Assembly: GCA_950097015.1 (NCBI GenBank)
Contig: CATNEN010000003.1
Span: 7,006,001 to 7,070,000 of the forward strand
Direction: 5' to 3'
Source: Macrostomum hystrix
Taxonomy: Eukaryota > Animalia > Platyhelminthes
Length of the DNA: 64,000 nucleotides
The notes below the pieces were generated by a model. That model made no database searches. It was given only the letters and a program-made list of their open reading frames with translations, and had not been told where the DNA came from. Positions 11,401 to 23,582 of the stretch are shown piece by piece (positions within the stretch are counted from its first letter, which is position 1; each line of letters opens with the position of its first letter). The translations under genes and the position numbers were made by a program.

Positions 11401-14400
11401 GAGTTCCTAATTCATCAGTTCCCAATTCATCAGTTCCTAATTAATCAGTTCCCAGTTCATGAGTTCCCAATTCATCAATTCCCAATTCATCAGTTCCAAA
11501 TTCATCAGTTCTAAATTCATCAGTTCCTAATTCATCAGTTCCCAATTCATCAGTTCCCAATTCATCAGTTCCTAATTCATCAGTTCCCAATTCATCAGTT
11601 CCCAATTCATCAGTTCCTAATTCATGAGTTCCCAATTCATCAGTTCCCAATTCATCAGTTCCTAATTCATGAGGTCCCAATTCATCAGTTCCCAATTCAT
11701 CAGTTCCCAATTCATCAGTTCCCAATTCATCAGTTCCCAATTCATCAGTTCCCAATTCATCAGTTCCCAATTCATGAGTTCCCAATTCATGAGTTCCCAA
11801 TTCATCAGTTCCCAATTCATCAGTTCCAAATTCATCAGTTCCTAATTCATCAGTTCCCAATTCATCAGTTCCCAATTCATGACTTACCCAATTCATGAGT
11901 TCCCAATTCATCAGTTCCCAATTCATCAGTTCCCAATTCATCAGTTCCCAATTCATCAGTTCCTAATTCATCAGTTCCCAATTCATGAGTTCCCAATTCA
12001 TGAGTTCCCAATTCATCAGTTCCCAATTCATGAGTTCCCAATTCATCAGTTCCTAATTCATGAGTTCCCAATTCATCAGTTCCTTATTCATGAGTTCCCA
12101 ATTCATAAGTTCCCAATTCATGAGTTCCTAATTCATCAGTTCCCAATTCATCAGTTCCTAATTAATCAGTTCCCAGTTCATGAGTTCCCAATTCATCAAT
12201 TCCCAATTCATCAGTTCCAAATTCATCAGTTCCAAATTCATCAGTTCCTAATTCATCAGTTCCCAATTCATCAGTTCCCAATTCATCAGTTCCTAATTCA
12301 TCAGTTCCCAATTCATCAGTTCCCAATTCATCAGTTCCTAATTCATGAGTTCCCAATTCATCAGTTCCCAATTCATCAGTTCCCAATTCATCAGTTCCTA
12401 ATTCATGAGGTCCCAATTCATCAGTTCCCAATTCATCAGTTCCTAATTCATCAGTTCCCAATTCATCAGTTCCCAATTCATCAGTTCCCAATTCATCAGT
12501 TCCCAATTCATCAGTTCCCAATTCATCAGTTCCTAATTCATCAGTTCCTAATTCATCAGTTCCCAATTCATCAGTTCCCAATTCATCAGTTCCTAATTCA
12601 TGAGGTCCCAATTCATCAGTTCCCAATTCATCAGTTCCTAATTCATCAGTTCCCAATTCATCAGTTCCCAATTCATCAGTTCCCAATTCATCAGTTCCTA
12701 ATTCATCAGTTCCCAATTCACGAGTTCCCAATTCATGAGTTCCCAATTCATGAGTTCCCAATTCATGAGTTCCCAATTTATCAGTTCCTAATTCATGAGT
12801 TCCCAATTCACGAGTTCCTAATTCATCAGTTCCCAATTCATCAGTTCCTAATTCATCAGTTCCCAATTCATCAGTTCCTAATTCATCAGTTCCTACTTCA
12901 TGAGTTCGCAATTCATAAGTTCCCAATTCATAAGTTTATTGTTTCGTAAGTCGATAATTTCCTGGCTTTAATAATTTTTAGTGTCATCATTTTCAACCTT
13001 AATAAAACTGTTATTGATTGATTGTGTCAATGTTTTGTGCCGCAGGTCGGCTCACTATGGTAGTCTCATTCTGTCTCATTGAGCTTAATTAGAAGAGAAA
13101 AGTAACTTTTGCACGTTACAATACAAAATTACTTTGCATTTCTGATAGGTGACTGATTAGCAAAACTTTTGATTTGATAATGTTTTTTATGATGTGCACA
13201 TCATTTTTTACCCAATAAATTCACATCAATACATGTTTCTTTGCAGTCATTTGTTTCCGTTTTGTAGGTTTTTTTAATAGTTTTAAGATTAGAATATAAT
13301 GCTTTTTAGTCATAATTACTGGTTGACAATAGTGAAGTCACCTAATTACTTTAAGAATCAGATTTAATACATAGATTATCAGAAGTGTGGTTTTGTAATT
13401 ATAATTCTATAAACTGAATGATCTTATGAAGGGACTTCTAGACATTGAATTATCTTATGAAATGACTTCTAGACACTGAATGATCTTATGAAGGGACTTC
13501 TGGACACTGAATGATCTTTGAAGGGACTTCTAGACACTGAATGATCTTATAAAGGGACTTCTAGACACTGAATGATCTTATGAAGGGACTTCTAGACACT
13601 GAATGATCTTATGAAGGGACTTCTAGACACTGAATGATCTTATGAAAGGACTTCTAGACACTGAATGATCTTATGAAAGGACTTCTAGACACTGAATGAT
13701 CTGAAGGCCGTTTTCAGTAGACTATTAGATACGACGAAACATTTTAAAGTTTTCAGCGGTGACATTTTCTCCTCGCACACATCCCTAAAAATCCCAATGG
13801 CCCTCATCCCGCCGTCTGCAGGTACTATGAAATCCGCTGCGGTGTCAAACAGAATGGCCAGTCTCCGCGCCTCTCAAGCTCCATAGGCTGCCGACTTTAT
13901 CGATCCACTCCGTTGAGCAATTCCAACTGCTCAGAGTATGGCGTCGAGCCGGCCTATGTTGAAGCTTCGGCTAGCGGCGCAGGCGGCGGTGGAAGTATCT
14001 CAGCTTCCACTCTGTCGCTTGCGACTTTGCAAACCGGAGCGTCTAGTTCAGCCACCTCGACTGCCGCCGCTGCAGCTGCCGCCGCTGCTGCTGCCGCATC
14101 TACGGCTAATAGTACAAGCGGGAACTCGAGCGGAAATCAATCGAGTTCTGCTGGAAGCTTTCGTTGTCCTGCAGTGTCTAAGCTTGTTCAGGTAAAATTT
14201 AGTAGCGGATTGAATCCAGGGGCCAGATGTGGGTCAGCCAAATCCAGGGGCCAGATGTGGGTCAGCCAAATCCAGGGGCCAGAATCGGACAGCCGAATCC
14301 AGGGGCCAGAATCGGACAGCCAAATCCAGGGGCCAGAATCGGACAGCCAAATCCAGGGGCCAGAATCGGGCAGCCAAATCCAGGGGCCAGAGTCGGACAG

Positions 14401-17400
14401 CCAAATCCAGGGGCCAGAATCTGGCAGCCAAATCCAGGGGCCAGAATCTGGCAGCCAAATCCAGGGGCCAGAATCTGGCAGCCAAATCCAGGGGCCAGAA
14501 TCGGGCAGCCAAATCCAGGGGCCAGAATCGGACAGCCAAATCCAGGGGCCAGAATCTGGCAGCCAAATCCAGGGGCCAGAATCGGGCAGCCAAATCCAGG
14601 GGCCAGAATCGGGCAGCCAAATCCAGGGGCCAGAATCGGACAGCCAAATCCAGGGGCCAGAATCTGGCAGCCAAATCCAGGGGCCAGAATCGGGCAGCCA
14701 AATCCAGGGGCCAGAATCGGGCAGCCAAATCCAGGGGCCAGAATCGGGCAGCCAAATCCAGGGGCCAGAATCGGACAGCCAAATCCAGGGGCCAGAATCT
14801 GGCAGCCAAATCCAGGGGCCAGAATCGGGCAGCCAAATCCAGGGGCCAGAATCGGGCAGCCAAATCCAGGGGCCAGAATCGGGCAGCCAAATCCAGGGGC
14901 CAAAGTCGGGGGGTAAAACAGTCTATTTACGCACCAATTGTGCAGGTGATGTACAAAGACCAATTAAGCCCGTTGGAGGACGCTTTCCTATTTCGAGTCG
15001 ATTGCATTGTGGATCCGGAATCTCCGTTAGACAGCCTTGCGGCCCTGTCGATTAGCTTGGTTATCGAACTCTGGTTCACTGACGAAGAGAATAACGATAA
15101 TATTCGGCCAGCACTGAAACTGGTCTCCAGTAGGGAACTGCGCGTCACAATGGATCCAACTAGAGGCTTTCATTGCTATCTGCCCTGCATATTCGACTAT
15201 TACTACCTCAGCTGCGTGGAAGTCATGGTTCACGCCTGCCTGAGTGGCTTCGGCACCGTCAGACTAAGGTGAGTAATGTGGCTATTGTATCCTTCACTAC
15301 ACTCACACCTTCCTGCTCTCTCTCGTTTTCATCTTAACTTTTTAACTCGCTGCACTTGTCGTCTTTCCTTCCTGCCTTTCTTTCTCCCCCTCACCACCTT
15401 CCCTTCTCCCCCTCTCCGCCTTTCCTTCTCCCCTCTCCGCCTTTCCTTCTCCCCCTCTCTGCCTTTCCTTCTCCCCTCTCCGCCTTTACTTCTCCCCTCT
15501 CCGCCTTTCCTCCTTCCCTCTCCGCCTTTCCTTCTCCCCTCTCCGCCATTCCATCTCCCCTCTCCACCTTTCCTTCTCCCCTTCACCGCCTTTCCTTCTC
15601 CCCTCTCCGCCTTTCCTTCTCCCCTCTCCGCCTTTCCATCTCCCCTTCACCGCCTTTCCTTCTCCCCTCTCCGCCTTTCCTTCTCCCCCTCTCCGCCTTT
15701 TCTTCTCCCCTCTCCGCCTTTCCTTCTCCCCTCTCCGCCTTTCCTTCCCCCCTCTCCGCCTTTCATTCTCCACCTCTCCACCTTTCCTCCTTCCCCCTCA
15801 CGCCTTTCCTTCTGCCCCTCTCCACCTTTCCTTCTGCCCCTCTGCACCTTTCCTTTTGCCCTTTTCACCTTTCTTTCTGCCCCTCTCCACGTTTCCTACA
15901 CCCCCTCTTAGCCTTTCTTTCTCCTTCTGGTGGAAAATTAGTATGCTACTGCTACTAGTAAGTAGTGCGAGTTTTATCAAGAAATATGTGTCGCATGTTT
16001 TAATGAATTCTTTTAATTAGCATTCAAAACCTTGTTGGTGCAGCAGAACAGACGCTGCTATGTAGCAGAACAGAATCAACTCGACTAATGCAAATATTTA
16101 AATTAATCGAAAGGAAATGGAGAAGCTTGTTAATTAATTCACAGTCCCCCAATGTCACCCAATGCTTGGCTAGTCTTACTGGTGTTTATTTTATGTTAGT
16201 TTTCTAAATCTAAATTGCAGCGGACTGACAATGCTGCCGCTCTATCTTCTGTAAGTTGATTTCCTGGCCTAGAAAAATGCCAGCGGCCAATTTCTTTAAC
16301 TGACCGAATGCTTCATTTATGTCAATTTGTTAATATTCCTCAACGCCATTTTATTTCTAATCTTGCGCCAGGCCAGACTAAAGCCAATAAAAAACCGGTT
16401 CTGTGAATTCCGGTTTGAAACAAGATAAACGGAATAAGATCTGAACTCCTAATTATAATAGATTTTCGGACTAAATGACTCGAAGATAGGGATCTATGAC
16501 CAATAAGAATGACTCGAAGATAGGGATCTATGACCAATAAGAATGACTCGAAGATAGGGATCTATGACCAATAAGATTGACTCCAAGTTAGGATCTATGA
16601 CCAATAAGAATGACTCCAAGTTAGGATCTATGACCAATAAGAATGACTCGAAAATAGGATCTATGACCAATAAGAATGACTCGAAGTTAGAAATCTATGA
16701 CCATTAAGAATGGATCGAAGTTAGAAATCAATGACCATTAAGAATGGCTCGAAGTTAGAGATAAATGACCATCAAGAATGGCTCGAAGTTAGAAATCTAT
16801 GACCATTAAGAATGGCTCGAAGTTAGAAATCTATGACCATCAAGAATGACTCGAAGTTAGAGATAAATGACCATCAAGAATGACTCGAAGTTAGAGATAA
16901 ACGACCATCAAGAATGACTCGAAGTTAGAGATAAACGACCATCAAGAATGACTCGAAGTTAGAGATAAATGACCATCAAGAATGACTCGAAGTTAGAGAT
17001 AAACGACCATCAAGAATGACTCGAAGTTAGAGATAAATGACCATCAAGAATGACTCGAAGTTAGGGATATACGAGCGTATGACCATTAAGAATAACTGAG
17101 TATAAATGACTAATAAGAATGACCTGAAGTTAAGGATCAATGACTGATGTCTGATAATAATGACCTGAAAATGAGGCTGTGATAAGAATGACTTTAAGAT
17201 TATGATCAAGGAGAAATAGCAATCACCTGAAATAATCGACGACTACGATATTACCTATTTTAAACGCACTGATCACCAGAAGAACAAACGAAAATTTTTA
17301 TTTTAAAAGAAAATTGATAGCACTTTAAATGTGTAATTTGGTCCAAGTTTTTCGGTGTATGTGCATGCTATGTTAGATTTAAAGCTTAGAGAATGTGAAG

Positions 17401-20400
17401 CTGTGTACAGGTTATTTTCTTGGTAATTTCCAAGAAAATTAAATGTGTAATTTGGTCCAAGTTTTTCGGTGTATGTGCATGCTATGTTAGATTTAAAGCT
17501 TAGAGAATGTGAAGCTGTGTACAGGTTATTTTCTTGGTAATTTCCATTCATTTACTGCTCACTTCATTCACTTCTAAAAGCCAACACTTGATGATGTGTG
17601 AAAGTTGAGTTATGATGTATGGAAACTGTAGAGAACGTATTCTATAGTTAACCTGTCGCAAGATTAAACCGGGTTTTCATTTGAGCGTACACACTGTGTG
17701 GACTCATCCATAGTTATAAAAGGCACGATCGTTCTGCGTGCGTCTTAGAGTTTGATGCAGCTGGCACACACAAAAACACACTATCTAGCCCTCGTCCAAT
17801 TATCATTCAAGGTCATATTCGGGTTTCTAGAGCCCTGGAACCACTTAGGGTTGTTCTGGGGTTGTTTTGCTCTCCAGTGCGAACGGATTGGTTCGGTTAC
17901 GCATTGTGCAGTAGCGGAGGAAGTAATGGGGGGTTGGCTGGTTAGTTATTCCGCCGCTCTTACCTGGCTCAATCTGGTAATATTCCACTAGCTGGTGGGG
18001 TCGAGTTTTTTTTGGTTAGCTCTCTCTGCTTTTTAGCTTGGCCTCTTTAAAAAAAGCAGAATAAAGCACAGGATCATTGCTGCGCACCCATTGCTTTGCA
18101 GAGGTTCCCACAGCGGTACAAATCTAGCTCGCTTGGCTTCTGCGGAGAATTTCAGCTCGTTGACTTCGTTGAATGTGCAAAATCCGGAGGACAGCTTGTC
18201 CGCTCTGCAGGATATTCTTGTGGGAAAGAATCAGGTATGACCTTTCTGTGTGCTAATTATTCCGACTTTGTTCCAGCAACTTTTTTCTAATTAAGTAAAG
18301 CACATTTGAATCATATTGTTTGTAGTATTCCAGTATAGAAACCAGTCACTTTAGTTTCACAATGCATGTAGTTTTACGATACCTTACTGTCTTCAAAACT
18401 AGATAAAAAAGTTAATAATAACCGTCATTCTGTCAAAATTCTTATCTTATGACCGCCGTTATGTCCAAATCCTCATCTTATGACCGTCATTCTGTCAAAA
18501 TTCTTATCTTATGACCGCCGTTATGTCCAAATCCTCATCTTATGACCGTCATTCTGTAAAAATTCTTATCTTATGACCGCCGTTATGTCCAAATCCTCAT
18601 CTTATGACCGTCATTCTGTCAAAATTCTTATCTTATGACCGTCATTCTATCCAAATGCTCATTTTATGACCGTCATTCTTTCCAAATCCTCATCTTATGA
18701 CCGTCATTCTATCTAAATCCTCATCTTATGACCGTCATTCTATCCAAATCCTCATCTTATGACCGTCATTCTATCCAAATCCTCATCTTATGACCGTCAT
18801 TCTTTCCAAATCCTCATCTTATGACCGTCATTCTATCCAAATGCTCATTTTATGACCGTCATTCTTTCCAAATCCTCATCTTATGACCGTCATTCTATCT
18901 AAATCCTCATCTTATGACCGTCATTCTATCCAAATCCTCATCTTATGACCGTCATTCTATCCAAATCCTCATCTTATGACCGTCATTCTTTCCAAATCCT
19001 CATCTTATGACCGTCATTCTATCCAAATCCTCATCTTATGACCGACCTACTGTCTAAATCCTCATCTTATGACCGTCCTTCTGTCCAAATCCTCATCTTA
19101 TGACCGTCATTCTTTCCAAATCCTCATCTTATGACCGTCAGTCTGTCTAAATGCTCAGGCTATGACGATCACCTTAATTCTCCCAGATCCTCTTGTTATG
19201 ACCTCATTCAATCGGTTCAATCATTTTTGTATTAAAATTCGCAGTCCGCCCAGAATCGTCGCAAGCTAGTGCTAACCGTGCACAACAATGTCTGTCACCT
19301 GTTATTGTCGGCCTACGAGTCTTTACAGACCAGTCTTAAACAGGTCATCGAATTACTGCCCGCTATGCAGCAAATGCAGCTTGGTAAGCTTTTCTTGTTA
19401 ATTTCTTACTTCATAAATCAAAATATGAATTTTTTCTTTGAACAAAAATGCTAGATTTCAGCGAATTTCACTACTTTTATAACTTAGTAGTATGAAAAGT
19501 GTTTTAAAACAATTTTCAACGGATTGGTAGTACTTGAAACTAATTAAAAAATAAAAATTCCATTAATGTTAAACCACGCTACTTTGCCCCGCTACATATA
19601 AACAGACAAAAACATTCGGAAACTTATCAAACGAGAAAGTAAGTCGTTAATGCTGCTTATTCTAAATTAATTTTTAAAGCATTCATTCACTACACTTCTA
19701 CTAATGAAAATAGTGTTATTCACTAAATCGGAACGCTATAAATTAGTCCAAAGGTGGAACTATTTTCTGTAAGGTGTTGTCAGTTAACTTTTTAAATTTT
19801 GTTGAAACCTATTTCGCTTTTAATTTCTGACACAGACACAGACACTGACAGACCTGTCTAACAGACACTGTCAGACACTGACAGACCTGTCTAACAGACA
19901 CTGTCAGACACTGACAGGCCTGTATAACAGACACTGTCAGACACTGACAGGCCTGTATAACAGACACTGTCAGACACTGACAGACCTGTCTAACAGACAC
20001 TGACAGACCTGTCTAACAGACACTGACAGGCCTGTATAACAGACACTGTCAGACCTGTCTAACAGACACTGTCAGACACTGACAGACCTGTCTAACAGAC
20101 ACTGTCAGACACTGACAGACCTGTCTAACAGACACTGTCAGACACTGTCAGACCTGTCTGAGAGGCATTGACAGACTTGTCTGACAGACACAAAAGACAC
20201 TTAACAGACAAAGATAATAGCGTCAATTGGTCGTTTAAACTTTGATTATTAATATTCATCAAATGCTTATATAGCTAAACGTATGAATTGTTTGCTTTTC
20301 AAATGCACTTGCACTGCTTAAATTTTCTAGTGAATTTTCTTCGTAAAATGAAGAAATAATTTTTTTAGCTGTTACTTTGAATCACAAATAAATTTTTATA

Positions 20401-23400
20401 GTTTGATTGCTTTATAAAATCATTTACATTTCGTTAAAATAAATTATGTGTTAGATCAGCAGTTTTCAAAGTAGAGCATGTAACTTTAACCCAATATTTC
20501 TTATAGTTAACAAAGTAGCTGCATTTATGTCTTTCTTAATTGACTAAGCTACCTGCCCATTGTTTTTTGTATTACAATTACGTATTATTTATAGCATTTA
20601 TTCTATTTTAAGCGAGTAATTTTGTTTTTGCATATTTACTTTTTTTTGTAAATGTTTAGCACGATTTTATGCACGACTGTGTTGTAATTATGTATCACGT
20701 TTTCTTAGCTAATGCCAACTATGTTCAAGAGTTAGGCTGTATTTAAGATGTGGCATCGATTTAGGATTTAAGATCTATCAAGGATATCTAATGTGCTTAA
20801 GATTTGTAATCACCCTTGTAGATTTGGGATCTTCCTGAAGATTTGGGATATTCCTGAAGATTTGGGATCTTCTTGTAGATTTGGGATATTCCTGAAGATT
20901 TGGGATCTTCTTGTAGATTTGGGATATTCCTGAAGATTTGGGATTTTCTTGTAGATTTGGGATATTCCTGAAGATTTGGGATCTTCTTGTAGATTTGGGA
21001 TATTCCTGAAGATTTGGGATATTCCTGAAGATTTGGGATATTCCTGAAGATTTGGGATCTTCTTGTAGATTTGGGATATTCCTGAAGATTTGGGATCTTC
21101 TTGTAGATTTGGGATATTCCTGAAGATTTGGGATCTTCTTGTAGATTTGGGATATTCCTGAAGATTTGGGATATTCCTGAAGATTTGGGATCTTCTTGTA
21201 GATTTGGGATATTCCTGAAGATTTGGGATCTTCTTGTAGATTTGGGATATTCCTGAATATTTGGGATCTTCTTGTAGATTTGGGATATTCCTGAAGATTT
21301 GGGATCTTCTTGTAGATTTGGAATCTTCCTGAAGATTTGGGATATTCCTGAAGATTTAGGATCTTCCTGAAGATTTAGGATCTTCCTGTAGATTTAGGAT
21401 CTTCCTGAAGATTCAGGATATTCCTGAAGATTTAGGATCTTCCTGAAGATTCAGGATATTCCTGAAGATTTAGGATCTTCCTGAAGATTTAGGATCTTCC
21501 TGAAGATTTAAGATCTTCCTGAAGATTTGGGATCTTCCTGTAGATTTGGGATTTTCTCGTCGATTTGGGATTTTCTTGTAGATTTAGGATCTTCTTGTAG
21601 ATTTGGGATCTTCCTGAAGATTTGGGATCTTCCTGAAGATTTGGAATCTTCCTGAAGATTTAGGATCTTACAGTATATTAGGGATTTCCTTGTATATTTA
21701 GGATCTCTCTGTAAATTAGGGATCTCCTTTTGGATTTGGGATCACCTTGTTGATTTAAGATTTCCTGGTCGATTTGTGATCTAACTTTAGAGTTGGGATC
21801 TTCCAGTAGATTTGGGATCCTTCTGTAGATTTTGGATCAAACCAATAATCGTCTTCCCTCAGACCAAGTGGATTGCTCTTCTCGCCTGGCCAGCCTATCA
21901 GAGCAGATCCATTCGTGTCAGGGCGACGAAGAGCTGCTCCGATTGGCCACTGGTCACATGACAGCCCTAGTGACCGATCTGCAGCTACTATGGGAGAGAT
22001 TCATCTCCACGGCCAGCCTGGAGGAGCGGGTCATCGATCAGTGCGCCAAGCAGTATCACGCTATGCGCGTTCGACGCTTCGCCGAGGGCTATTTTCGCAC
22101 GGAGAAACTGGTTGGCGACCTGTTTCGCCTGCAGGACGCCTCGCCCTACGAGAGCCTCGCCCAACTAATTCGCACTTCTGCTTATTATTCCCAGCTATCC
22201 CAGCTGCCATTGCACTGCCCCGAATTGGACGGAGATCCGGCCACAATGCCGCTTATATTTGAGGATGTCTATCCGCCGCATCTGGGTCAGCCGGAGCCCG
22301 ATCCGTTGCTACCCACTGCCGGGTCATCGCCTCAGCAACAGCAACTGGTGAGACTATCTGATTTTAGTAGAATATTTTATTTTACTAACTATTGTTCTAT
22401 TTTTTGTTGCTGCTGTAAATTGGGTTAACCCAGCCACTCGGGACCGCTCCTATAAGGAGTCTGTTTTATTAGGGAGGTTTTGGCCTTAGCGGTTAGAGCA
22501 TCAGACAGGGGGTGAGTGGCAGAGCGGTTAACGCGTTTGCCTCTCGCACCAACGTCCTTACGTTCGATTCCACGGCGAGGCCACATTCATTTGGGGTGCA
22601 GCCGCGGAGAGAAGGCTTGGGAGACCGGCTGTGGGTCCACTGTCACCCAAATGATGTGCCATCATTGCGCGCAGCCCTCCTGCAATTATTATTATTATTT
22701 GAGCGTCGGACTCACGACCGGAAGGTCGGTGGTTCGATTCCCGACTCCACTGGAACAATTTTTGTTCTTTAGCAAGACACTTAACTCTGCATTGCTTCAG
22801 TTCACCAAGCTGTAAAATGGGTACCAGCATATGGCTGGTGTAATTGAGGCTGGGTGTGGCGTCCCAACAGTCCATGGACTGATCAGCCGTACGCAGCCTT
22901 CAGATGTGCTGTCGGCTGCATATCTGGCCCATTCGGGACAATTGTTTATCATAATTTTATTTCAACAGGCTCCATCGGCAGGCGATTCAAAGTCTCCACA
23001 TTCTGGCGCATCCTCAATGTCAACTTCGACACCGGGCCCTGCCCAGCCGCCTCGCCTGACCTGCATGCCCGCTCAGCGCGCTCTTAGCTCCCAGCTTCGC
23101 AGCCTATCCGGCAACGAGGCTCCGCCTGAGCAGGCCAACTCTGAGCATGCCCAGCTCATCGGCTATAGGAAGCTGCTCAATGGCGACTCAGCTGTTGCAG
23201 TCTCCACAGCCGATGCTCCAGATTCTATATCGGCGGCGTCCACCAGTGGTTTGACGTCCACAATGCTGATGGCAACGCCAGTTGGTGTCGGTCGGCTTGG
23301 CGGAGTCAATAGCGGCAGCGGCAGCGGCAGCGGCCTTGGCACGCTGAGTAGCGCCTGCAGCCTGCCAGATCTGCATCACGCCGCCGAGATCTCCGGCACC

Positions 23401-23538
23401 GGGCGTCTAACCGACTTGCCAGACGATGACGCGGATGTTATCGTTAGCGGCGGCGTTGGCTCGACCAATGCCGATTTTGGCAGCAATTCCGGAAGAGAAG
23501 TGTCTGCTATGGAAGCCCTGACTGGAATGCTCAGATCT

Positions 23539-23582
<44 letters not shown>

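Noticed and set aside
9241-12949. Long repetitive ORFs (PQILTVPLRSS, FPIHQ, GTDEL, NWELM)
   Set aside because: Artefacts of 20-bp and 15-bp intronic arrays, open in several frames and strands.
15276-15980. Pro/Phe-rich and Gly/Arg/Glu-rich ORFs
   Set aside because: Low-complexity polypyrimidine intron sequence; likewise 24990-25472 and 34541-35200.
13413-19165. ~27-34-bp repeats as CRISPR arrays
   Set aside because: Units are contiguous with no unique spacers, there are no cas genes, and the context is eukaryotic.
23540-23578. (CAG)n tract as an unusual expansion
   Set aside because: Short poly-Q runs occur in many exons here (35490, 39730, 42880) and seem to be a background trait.
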